DNA of 64,000 nt from Alphaproteobacteria bacterium (GTDB lineage: Bacteria > Pseudomonadota > Alphaproteobacteria > MPNO01 > UBA830). The position numbers and the translations under genes were made by a program. Location of the stretch: positions 384,001 to 448,000 of the forward strand of contig OZ219790.1 of the NCBI GenBank assembly GCA_964291215.2. Direction: 5' to 3'. The notes beneath the pieces were generated by a model, which was not told the DNA's origin, ran no database searches, and worked only from the letters and a program-made list of their open reading frames with translations. This document shows positions 54,963-64,000 of this stretch, piece after piece (the stretch's first letter is position 1; every line of letters starts with the position of its first letter).

Positions 54963-56161
54963 CGCGAGTCATTCGCTCTGACACTGACAATGCGCGGGGT
55001 TTCGAGTCGGAATTTATAGAGGAACGAAGCCGACTCCGACACATACTGCTCCGTGCGGCGCCGCCACTCCATCACGGCGAGCGACGCCGCCAACGCGTTC
55101 ACTTCCGGTAACTGGACGTTGTGATAGCCGGGCACACTGCCCTCGATTCTAGCGTTCGGTATGGCCTCCTTCCATGCCTCAGACCCAGCGGCATAGGCGC
55201 TTGTCGTCACGGCGCCTCTAACAGCGCAGTCTTCCAGCGCTATGCTCACGCCCGAATCTATAAACGGAACCTTCGTCTCAGAGAGTGCGCAGTAGACGGC
55301 ATCCTGACGCGACGAATCGCCGTTGGTCAGCTGGTCGATACACACGAATGCATAGTCGATGGGGTGTGCCGACAGAAACTTGCCGAAAATTGACGGACTG
55401 TCTACCCGGACAGCGTGCGCGTGGATGCCTTCCCGGAGAGGTGTATACTTGGAGAAGTAGTAGTCTACTTTGCGCAAATGTTCCTTTTTGCACGACTCAA
55501 CCTCCTCGGCTGTAGGTGCACCGGGCGCACGCATCAAATTGTGCCAGTTAACGTCGTCTGAATCCAGTAGATGAATTTCCTTCACGGGTGTTTTTGCGAC
55601 AAGATCGAGGACGTAGGCGCCTGTTCCGCCCAGACCAATGATCGCAATCCGTTGACTACGGATGCGATCCTGAACCGGCCTCAACGCCGCTCGTGCCTCG
55701 AACGTGTTGGGTATCTTGAAAGGCTCCTGCTTCGCTAGAGAAGCGGTTTCGTAGTAACCGGCCTCCGACACGGCCCCGACGATCTGCTTCGCGTAGCGGT
55801 GAATCAAGTCATCCACCGACCCATCCTCCTCCGGACTGCCTTGCCCACCTTTCTTGATGGAAATGATCGACCAAGTCTTTCCATCGCCGGCGATGTAGTT
55901 CTCGATCGGGGTTCCATCCGCGTGGTACACGCGCCCGTCGAGTTCTTCGTCAGTGATGATCCGCACCGCATGGATCGCGTCGCCTATCTGATCATTCGGC
56001 TTCCCGTTCGCGCGGTCGTACGACTTCTCTATAGTGCAAGTGCCAACGCCCCTGTCTGCAAGGAGACAAGGCACCCCCACGGCCCGGACGACATCGGAAT
56101 CGACTCTGATGCTAAACCCGGCCTGCTCACCGAACGCTTTGAGGCGATTCCTACGAGACAT
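54959..56161 (-). CDS. ThiF/E1-like adenylyltransferase with N-terminal extension (DUF6791-like)
   Basis: IIGLGGTG, LLDSD, NLMR, FVCID, PFIDSG and YHNVQLPEVNALAA motifs. Probable ATG at 56161 overlaps the Ubl stop. Confidence 0.85.
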   Translation of the reverse strand: MSRRNRLKAFGEQAGFSIRVDSDVVRAVGVPCLLADRGVGTCTIEKSYDRANGKPNDQIGDAIHAVRIITDEELDGRVYHADGTPIENYIAGDGKTWSIISIKKGGQGSPEEDGSVDDLIHRYAKQIVGAVSEAGYYETASLAKQEPFKIPNTFEARAALRPVQDRIRSQRIAIIGLGGTGAYVLDLVAKTPVKEIHLLDSDDVNWHNLMRAPGAPTAEEVESCKKEHLRKVDYYFSKYTPLREGIHAHAVRVDSPSIFGKFLSAHPIDYAFVCIDQLTNGDSSRQDAVYCALSETKVPFIDSGVSIALEDCAVRGAVTTSAYAAGSEAWKEAIPNARIEGSVPGYHNVQLPEVNALAASLAVMEWRRRTEQYVSESASFLYKFRLETPRIVSVRANDSR

Positions 56162-56399
56162 GCTCGGGGTCGACCGAAAAGCTTGTGCCGTCCTTGACTT
56201 TAACATCCTTGCTCGGCAAGAGAACACCATCCTCGTCCTTGAAATCGTCTTTGTAGTCGATGCCGGGTGTACCGATGATGTGCTTGTTCTCTGCCTTGTG
56301 CAGCTTGTTCCAGATCTTTACGACCTCGGCATAGTTAACAATATGGCCGGGGACTTTGTACACTCGACCGCTCACGTAGATCTCCGTGTCGCCATTCAT
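56151..56399 (-). CDS. Ubiquitin-like (multi-ubiquitin domain type) protein
   Basis: EIYVSGR..VNYAEVVKI..IDY..GVLLPSKDVKVKDGTSFSV fits a beta-grasp pattern; 82 aa ending EHVS. Confidence 0.7.
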   Translation of the reverse strand: MNGDTEIYVSGRVYKVPGHIVNYAEVVKIWNKLHKAENKHIIGTPGIDYKDDFKDEDGVLLPSKDVKVKDGTSFSVDPEHVS

Positions 56400-56826
56400 C
56401 GTTTTACTTCTCCGATTGTTGGAGGTTGAAGGGAATTCGAACCACTCGGCCCAATTGTACATCATGGCAACCCGATGTTCGTCGAAGCACGGGTGGGTCT
56501 TGGCGCTCCGCGCTTCCCGGCGCCATAATCTCCGACCTCAATCCGGGCTCGCACGGCATGATCTCCGTGTAACAGCAATGCGCCTCTGCCGTACGAACTC
56601 CGCCGCCCCTTCGGTCAGATCCAGGGTCCTCCGAAGGCCAACGAATCTCGTCACTGCATCGCCGCCCTCGATACCAGTGTATTGTTGGGCAGCCTGATGG
56701 CGCGACGGTCCGACCCACCTTGTCACAGGTGCCGCGGTGATCTATCGTGTATGCCCATGCAGTCCACGGGCAGATAGCCTTACGCGGTGCTGACGAGATC
56801 CATTGATGCATGCGTCTCACTGAGAT

Positions 56827-56846
56827 TGTTGTCCGTACAGACAACA
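56827..56846. promoter_or_regulatory. Palindromic operator candidate TGTTGTC-N6-GACAACA
   Basis: Perfect 7-bp inverted repeat 35 bp upstream of the XRE gene, in the divergent intergenic region. Confidence 0.55.
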
Positions 56847-56880
56847 TAAGCCACCGCGGCCGCATGTCAAGGGGAGAGCG

Positions 56881-57264
56881 ATGTCGTTCGGCTACACGCT
56901 GAGGAGGTTCCGGGAAGCCCGTGGTCTGAGCTTACGCGAGTTCGGCAAGCTCTGCGGAATCGACCACGCGTACATCCACCGGCTCGAACGGGAGGAAAAG
57001 ACGGCTCCCTCCGAGCAAGTGGTCGACACCTTCGTCCGCACCTTGAAGCTCAACTCTCGAAGGGCGCGCCTGCTGCGCCTGCTGGTCGGGAAGACGATCA
57101 ACCGTACCCTCATCGACGTGTTCATCGAAGACGAGCAGCGACCGCTGGACCTACTAGAGCCTGCTCACCAGATGAGCTTCCGGGGAACGCGCCCTGAAGC
57201 CAAGGACGACTGGCGCCGGCATGTCGATCGTTTGGCTCGCCTGTTCGATGAAGACGACGAATGA
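56881..57264 (+). CDS. XRE-family HTH regulator (CapH-like)
   Basis: FGYTLRRFREARGLSLREFGKLCGIDHAYIHRLE..PS. Confidence 0.9.
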   Translation: MSFGYTLRRFREARGLSLREFGKLCGIDHAYIHRLEREEKTAPSEQVVDTFVRTLKLNSRRARLLRLLVGKTINRTLIDVFIEDEQRPLDLLEPAHQMSFRGTRPEAKDDWRRHVDRLARLFDEDDE

Positions 57265-58146
57265 ATGGACGAGTTCCCGACGATTCTCAGTGCTCGCCAG
57301 TTCCTTCGGGACGCTGGCAACGACTCTGTGCCCGTCGACGTCGGGCGCTTGGCTGCGGCAGCCAACGCGAAGATCAAGGTCGCTTACGATCTCGCCGACG
57401 ATGAATCTGGCCAGACCACCCGGTTCAAAGGAACACACGTCATCATCGTCAACGGCAATCACACGGAGGAGCGGCAGCGCTTCACCGTGCTTCATGAAAT
57501 CGCCCACATCGTTCTTGGACTGCCTTCCCAGCACCACGGCTCGACGCTCAAGACCGACGTGCTTCTCCGGTACGGACGGCGACCCGAGGAAGAAGTGCTT
57601 TGTGATGTTTTCGCTGCCGAGTGCCTGCTTCCTTACCACCCGTTTGCCGAACAAGTCGCCGACTCGGAAATCTCCCTGAATGCCGTGAAGTCGCTTGCCC
57701 GAGAATACAAGGCATCATTGACCACGACGGGATCGAGATTCGCTCTGAATGCGAGAGAGCCCTGTGCGTTCGTCCTCAGCGAGAACGGGCGGATCCGTTA
57801 TGTGTCCCGGTCGAAATACCTGAATGAGCTGAAGGGATGGATCAATTTCAACGCCTCTGTGCCGCAAGGCAGCGTCGCGCAGCGCCTGATCGAGGGTGGT
57901 CCGAAGATCGAGGATTACGACGAACTCCCAACAGATGTCTGGTTCGACGGAGGCGTCAGGAACCGACCATTGATTGCTGAGGAAGCCATCCTCCTGCGGG
58001 ACTGGAATCAATGTCTTTCACTCATCTGGTTTGACGAGCGCCTGACACCAGTCCGGGAGCGCCGGGACGAGGATGAAAAGGTTGAGCCTTTGCTCCAACA
58101 GCTTGACGGTACACTACCGTGGCCATCCAGAAGTCGCCGTGGATAG
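57265..58146 (+). CDS. ImmA/IrrE-family Zn metallopeptidase (CapP-like)
   Basis: RQRFTVLHEIAH and E..CDVFAAECLLP motifs, with a C-terminal GAF-like region. Confidence 0.9.
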   Translation: MDEFPTILSARQFLRDAGNDSVPVDVGRLAAAANAKIKVAYDLADDESGQTTRFKGTHVIIVNGNHTEERQRFTVLHEIAHIVLGLPSQHHGSTLKTDVLLRYGRRPEEEVLCDVFAAECLLPYHPFAEQVADSEISLNAVKSLAREYKASLTTTGSRFALNAREPCAFVLSENGRIRYVSRSKYLNELKGWINFNASVPQGSVAQRLIEGGPKIEDYDELPTDVWFDGGVRNRPLIAEEAILLRDWNQCLSLIWFDERLTPVRERRDEDEKVEPLLQQLDGTLPWPSRSRRG

Positions 58147-58713
58147 GTGCGGCTTCTGGCGACATTTGACGGCGATTCCTGCGTGATTTGACGATACTTT
58201 TTGGCCATTGCGCTGTCTCTCCGGGGACTGTTGCCGGAGTTGTTCAGCTCTCCTCCGTGACGTTGTGGGCTAGCCAGAGGCCAGCCCAGTGCGAACGTAA
58301 GCGAACCCTGTTTGTCATGCAAAGGCGGTTGGGCGCGGTGGCGAGCTCTTCATGTCGAGTGATCCTCCGCCGAGATGCGCCGGTCTTTCTTCCATCACTC
58401 TCCGGTCGGCTTTTTCTTGCGTAGCGTAAATTTCATTCAGCCGCCGCTGCCGTTCCAGCAAGCTTCATTCCGCAACGATGACGAAAAGCAGCGAGGCGAT
58501 TTCAAGCACGTCTCTCGGCCGGATGCCGTAGCGTTCGGCCACAAAGCGCAGGGCGGACGGAACGTGGCGCGACATCAACCGCTGCATCCTGGGTAAGGCC
58601 CAACGGCGGTCGATTTGCCTCTGGGTCGGGCGGCGTTGTCAGCGTGCCCCACTCGACGACGAGTGCCTTGCCCAAGTGATCTGCCCCCGTCGACTGGTCC
58701 AGGGTGAATATTA

Positions 58714-59547
58714 GGTCGTGTACCCATAAGGGGTTTCTTCTTCAGCGAAGCTGTGATTCAAGCTCCCAACTTCAGGGAGCGAGGACATGGGCCGGTACGA
58801 TCTGACGGACTTCGAATGGCGGGTGATCAAGCCGTTGCTGCCGAACAAGACCCGTGGGGTGCCGCGGGTTGACGACCGGCGGGTGTTGAACGGCATTCTG
58901 TGGGTGCTTCGCGCGGGGGCGCCGGCGAGACCTGCCGGAGCACTACGGGCCTTATACGACCTGCTACAACCGGTTCAACCGCTGGCGCAAGAAGGGCATC
59001 TGGGATCAGTTGATGGATGCGGTGGTGGAGGCTCACGACGGCAATGTGCAGATGATCGACAGTTCGAGCGTCCGGGTTCACCAGCATGCGGCGGGATCAA
59101 AAAGGGGGTCCGGATCGTTGCATGGGCCGTTCTCGTGGCGGACTGACCACGAAGATCCACGCCGTGTCGGACGTGAGCGGCCTGCCGGTCCGCTATGACC
59201 TCAGCCCTGGCCAGGCGCACGACACCACGGCCGCCGGTGCCATGCTGGCGACCCTGCCGCCCGACAGTTTCCTCATCGCCGACAAGGCCTATGACGCCAA
59301 ATGGATCCGTGACCTGATCGAGCAACACGATGCCGTCCCGATCATCCCCGACCGCGAAGGCGCGAAGACCAGGCACGCTTTCTCCAAACCCTTGTATAAA
59401 TTGCGAAACCGGATCGAACGCGCCTTCAACAAACTCAAGCAGTTCCGCCGCATCGCCACCCGATACGAAAAGCTCGCGGCCAACTTCCTCGCCATGATCA
59501 AGATCGCTACTGTCAGGCTCTGGCTACGCGCTTATGAGTCCACGGCC
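58714..59547 (+). mobile_element. IS5-family (IS427-like) element, two-ORF transposase with an extra frameshift
   Basis: 17-bp imperfect IRs flanked by TA. Motifs IDSS, GLTTKIH, ADKAYD and RNRIERAFNKLK; AAAAAGGGGG slippage site at ~59099. Confidence 0.9.
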
Positions 59548-60728
59548 TAGTCATCTGAATCTAAAGTTCGTGGCATAAGTTTTGTTCGACGCGGAGACAG
59601 AAGCGCTTGACGGCGGCGAGGATTTCGTCAGCTGATTTGGTCCATTTGAAGGGCTTGGGATTTTCGTTGTGGGTTTCGATGAAGGCCCGGATGTCGGTTT
59701 CGAGTTGCAGGGTCGAGCGGCCGCGTTGCAACTGCTTGCGGGTCAGTTCGGCGAACCAGCGCTCGACCTGGTTGAGCCACGAGGCGGATGTCGGCGTGAA
59801 GTGGACGTGCCAGTGCGGCCGCCGGGCCAGCCAGGCTTTGACCGCGGCGGTCTTGTGGGTGGCGTAGTTGTCCATGACGATGTGGATGTCGAGCCCGTCC
59901 GGGACATTGCGGTCGATCACCTTGAGGAAGTCGAGGAACTCCCTGGCCCGGTGGCGGCGATAGCACTTGGCGATCACCGCACCGGTGGCGATGTCCAGCG
60001 CCGCGAACAGCGAGGTCGTGCCGTTGCGCTTGTAATCGTGGGTGCGCCGCTCAGGGATGCCGGGCAGCATCGGCAGGACCGGCTGGGTGCGGTCGAGGGC
60101 CTGGATCCGGCTCTTTTCGTCGACGCAGAGCACCAGCGCGCGGTCCGGCGGCGAGAGGTAGAGGCCGACAATGTCGCGGACCTTGTCCACGAAGTGCGGA
60201 TCGGCCGACAGCTTGAACGTCTCAGCCCGGTGCGGCTGCAGGCCGAAGGCGCCCCAGAGGCGCCAGATCGACGTGTGTGACAGCCCCGCCTCCTTCGCCA
60301 TCGAGCGCAGCGACCAGTGGGTCGCGTCCGCAGGCGTCGAGGTGAGCGTGCGCTCGATCACTTCCGCCACTTTCTCGTCCGCGATGCTCCGCGGGCGCCC
60401 CGGACGGGGCTCGTCCGAAAGCCCCTCGATGCGGTTCTTGACGAAACGCCTGCGCCACTTGCCGACGGTGTGCTCATGCATGCCGAGTTCTGCGGCTACC
60501 GCCTTGTTGCCCAGCCCGTCAGCGCAACGCAGGATCATGCGGCAGCGATCCGACAGCGAGCGCGCCACACGGTGACGCCGAACCTGCGCTTCCAGAAACG
60601 ACCGTTCCTCATCGCTCAAGACCAAGGCCGCCAGCGGCCGTCCCTTACCGCGCCCCATCAAGATGACCTCCTTTGTCTGACCCGGAAGACCATCTTACAA
60701 TGAACTCTACTTCAGTGCCAGATGACTA
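59548..60728 (-). mobile_element. IS630-family element, transposase 59561-60661
   Basis: Perfect IR TAGTCATCTG/CAGATGACTA. Motifs CVDEK, MDNYATH and SWLNQVERWF; RGRST appears to lack two residues. Confidence 0.92.
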
Positions 60729-60960
60729 GGTCCTGTGGACGGATTTGATCAGGATGAAGGCGGCGGTGAATGCGACGAAGAAACTGAAGTTTGTGGCCGT
60801 TTTTTCGCAACGCAAGGCGATGCGTTTGAAGCGTTTGATCTTGCCGACGGCCTGTTCGGCGCGGGCGCGGGGGCCGTAGAGCGCCCTTGCGAACCACTTC
60901 GGCCTGTTTTGATGTTCCTGATCGGCGATCTGGGAGGTGTGCGGATGGTAGTATGAGCTA
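60726..60960 (-). pseudogene. IS5-family transposase C-terminal remnant
   Basis: RARAEQAVGKIKRFKRIALRCEKTA. Confidence 0.8.
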
Positions 60961-60984
60961 TTTCTTGCAATGAGTTGAGCGCAA

Positions 60985-61250
60985 TCAGGCGCGCCGCGGC
61001 CATGTACATCCTGATCGGCACCGCTAGGCTCAACAAGGCCGATCCTCAGGCTTGGCTCGTCGATGTGCCCGCCCGCATCGCCGGAACGCCGCAGAGCCGG
61101 CTCGACGGGCCCTTTCCCTGGAACTGGCGGGACGACCGGCAACCCGATCAGGGCGCATGGCCAAAGACCCTGCCTGGCGCTCCCCGATCAGCTCGACGTC
61201 CGCGACAAACTCAGATCTCTATACCCTGCGGTCTTCGGCGGATGCTTGCA
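60985..61250 (+). pseudogene. IS66 tnpC C-terminal remnant
   Basis: RAAAMYILIGTARLN..DPQAWL..PWNW. Confidence 0.75.
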
Positions 61251-62543
61251 TCCGATCGCTCCGGATCCCCGGTTCTGCCCCGAAGAGGAACCCCCTCCCC
61301 CTCTGGCGCAATTGGCTTTCCGGGACCCGGGAGCCCGGGCGTGGCAGCCGACACATCGCCGTGTTCCGCCTCGTCCGGCATTGGAGGCGCCTCCGCCCTG
61401 TATCCCATGGCGCGCGCGATGACGGCCGCGGCCTGCGCGGCGGCGTCCCGCAGCGCGCCGTCGTCGAGATGGGCGTAGATCGCGGTGGTCTCCCGCTTGC
61501 GGTGTCCGAGCAGCCGCCCGACGGTGGTGAGCCCGACGCCGTTCATGACGCCCTGCGAGGCCCAGGTGTGGCGGCAGTCGTGGATGCGAAGACCCGGAAG
61601 CCCCGCCTCGTCGCGTATGCCGACCCAGAAAGTATAGAGCCTTGCCGTCGTGAGGTTGTCGGGAAACACTCGCTCCCGGCCATCCGGTCGCGGCAGTTCC
61701 GCGATCAGCCTTGCCGCTTCCGGCCCCAGCCAGATGGTGCGCGGCCCGGTCTTGGAGTCTTCGATGCGCGCGCTCGCGCCGTCTCCGCCCAGCTCTCCGA
61801 TCTCGTCCCACCTGAGGTTGATGACTTCGGAGAGCCGCGCCCCGGTGAGCGTCAACAGCCGGATGGCCGCCACCGGCCAGGGATGCTGTTCCCGGTGGCG
61901 GTCGAGCACCGCGCCGAGACGCTCCAGCTCTTCGCGGCTGAGATAGCGCGCGACAGGCTTGCGGGGGTTCTTCACGATGTTGGCGCAGGCGTCGGGGACA
62001 TGCTCGCCGATGTCGCCCCACTGCCGGGCCGTCCCGAGCATGGCGCGGAGTATCTCGAAGGCGCGGTTGGCGGCGCCTGTCCGCGCTGGCGGCGTCGAAC
62101 CATGCCGAGACCCGCGCATGGTCGATGGCGTCGAGCCGGAGCCTGCCGAAATGCGGCATCAGGCGGTTCTTCAGGTAGATGTCGAAGGTCTCGAGCGAGG
62201 ACGGCTTCCAGCGGTGTTTCCGCCGCGAGCGGTAACGGGCGGCGAAGTCCCGGAACAGCGGCGCCTTCTCCTTGCGCGGCGGCGTCACGTCCTCGCCGCC
62301 CCACAGGCGGGCGAGCACGGCCGCGCCTTCCCGGCGGGCCGCGTCGAGAGGCAGTTCGGGGAAGCGCCCGAGGGTGATCTTGCGCATGCGTCCCCGGACG
62401 CGGGTCTGGACGATCCAGGACCGGACGCCGGAGGGCTGTATCCGCACCCCGAAATGCGCCAGCAGATTGTCCCACAGGGTGTATTCCCGTTCCGCCGGCT
62501 TGGCGACGGCCTTCACGGTGAGCCGGTGCCTGCGGCCGCTCAT
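61211..62543 (-). pseudogene. Tyrosine integrase 2 (arm-binding domain type), frameshifted at ~62078
   Basis: FGVRI..ITLGRFP..L..AR arm domain; TGAR, SKTG, HDCRH, LGH and IYAH motifs. Confidence 0.88.
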
Positions 62544-63704
62544 CGCCCGCTCTCCTTCCCGGTCATGGCCTCGTGGACGATGCCGGAGATGCGCCCGGCC
62601 GCCTCGCGGACATGCTCGTCGGCGAGATGGGCGTAGCGTTCGGTGGAGGCGGTATCGGCATGGCCGAGCAGGCGGCCGACGGTGTAGAGGTCGAGGCCGC
62701 TCATCACGGCATGGGAGGCGAAGGTATGTCGGCAGTCGTGGATGCGCACATCGTCCAGCCCGGCGAGACCGCGCAGCTTCTGCCAGCGCAGGCCGAGGTC
62801 GGTCATCGGGCCGTCGCCCTTCCCGTTCGGGAAGACGAAGCGTCCCTCGCGCGGCAGGCCAGTCAGGACGGCCCGCGGGGGAAGCTGGAGCGCCCGGTCT
62901 TGGAGTCCGGCAACACCGCGCGGGTGTCCCGTATCCAGTCCCATTGCAGGCCGGCGATCTCGGACGACCGGGCGCCGGTGAACAGCAGCAGGCGGCCTGC
63001 CGGTCCTCGGCATGGTCGAGGACGAAGCCGAGGCGCTTCAACTCGTCCAGGGACAGGAACCGCTCGCGCGGCGCCGTCCTGTAGCGCCGCATGTTGCGGC
63101 AGGGGTTGGAGCCCTGCGGGCGAAGGTCCCATAGCTCCGCCTGGCGCATCATCACCGAGAGCACCGGCAGGGTCCGGTTGGCGCTGCCGGGGGTTCCGCT
63201 GAGGGAATCGAACCAGCGCCGCACATCGGCGCGGTCGATCTTCGCGACGGGCATCGCGCCGAAGAAGGGCACGAGGCGGCGCTCGATCAGATGGGCGTTG
63301 GCCTTCCTCGTGGAGGGTTTCCAGCGCCGCCCCTGGCGGCGCATGAAGTCGGCCGCGAAGTCGGCGAACAGCGGCCCGGTCTCGCGGTCGGCCCCGGCTT
63401 CGGCGATGGCGGCAAGGGCCTTCTCCCTCGCCTCGGCGGCGGTCATGTCGTCGGTCGTGCCGAGGATCGCCCTGGGCGCGCCGAACTGGCGTGAGGTCCA
63501 GACGAAGAAGGTCTTCGTCCCGGCGACGGTGAAGCCGAAGGCGGGCAGGTCCCTGACGGTCAGGCCGTATCCGGGTTTCTTCTCCCTGAAGGTGCGGCGG
63601 ACCGTCCGCTCGTTGATGGGGGCATGGATGCGCGTGTCTCCGTTGTCTGTTCCCTCGGGCGCCGTCCGTCCCGGGGGAACGGAACGGCGCTCCTGAACGG
63701 ACAA
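62540..63704 (-). pseudogene. Tyrosine integrase 1, multiply frameshifted
   Basis: TGAR, DSKTG, HDCRH, LGH and RYAH motifs; ATGA overlap with integrase 2. Start codon uncertain. Confidence 0.85.
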
Positions 63705-63806
63705 CGCGACCCGCGCGCGAAACCGCGGTCAGAGGCCGGGCCAGGCCCAACCGTCTGTCACGCAACGGAAAACTGCCGACCGATGCAGGCCGGCCGGGCC
63801 TCGCTC

Positions 63807-63833
63807 CCTGCATCAAGGATGCGTCTGGTGTGA
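63807..63833. repeat. 27-bp dispersed repeat, copy 2
   Basis: CCTGCATCAAGGATGCGTCTGGTGTGA. Confidence 0.8.
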
Positions 63834-64000
63834 GAACCGAGGCCGCCCCGGGCGGTCCGAAGCGGCCTGATTTGCTGCATTGACGGTGGGGGGATCGACG
63901 CCGGCGAGAGCGGCGGAGGGAAGCCGCCGCGGCGTGTGAGCGGCGAGCTGTGCGGCCGGAGGTGCAGGCAGTGGTGCGCAGCACGCTGCCGAAGGCTCGG

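Noticed and set aside
61188-63704. 838-aa double-integrase fusion
   Set aside because: Produced by frameshifts. The catalytic domains of both integrases lie in other frames.

Overview
GC-rich proteobacterial DNA, probably alphaproteobacterial (inference from gene content). Bases 1 to ~13.87 kb are mostly intact metabolic genes: the end of map, an MBL hydrolase, qor, a CYP116-like P450, a phthaloyl-CoA-decarboxylase-like UbiD, an MFS transporter, two cysteine-dioxygenase-like cupins, and an FAD oxidoreductase-SDR-cyclodeaminase operon. The remaining ~50 kb is a decaying defence/mobile island. It contains a Dsr1-like sirtuin, an AbiEii-type nucleotidyltransferase, a broken SMC-like ATPase, a plasmid/ICE leading region (ssb, DUF2493, Zn-finger repeat protein) and a type I R-M locus with RhuM-Fic and HEPN/MNT, where MNT is fused to HsdS. 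It also holds tandem tyrosine integrases and nested IS30/IS66/IS1634/IS630/IS3/IS5/IS701-like elements, several with readable IRs and TSDs. Top candidates: (1) an intact two-gene operon of an MBL-fold hydrolase with a GFG-type tail plus a single 1166-aa E2-E1-JAB-patatin fusion; (2) an intact Ubl/ThiF/DUF6527-like operon divergent from an XRE + IrrE-like peptidase pair with a palindromic operator candidate; (3) pervasive 5-7 nt micro-deletions in mobile DNA, seen directly by comparing duplicate IS copies. All family assignments come from motif recognition by eye, not from database searches.
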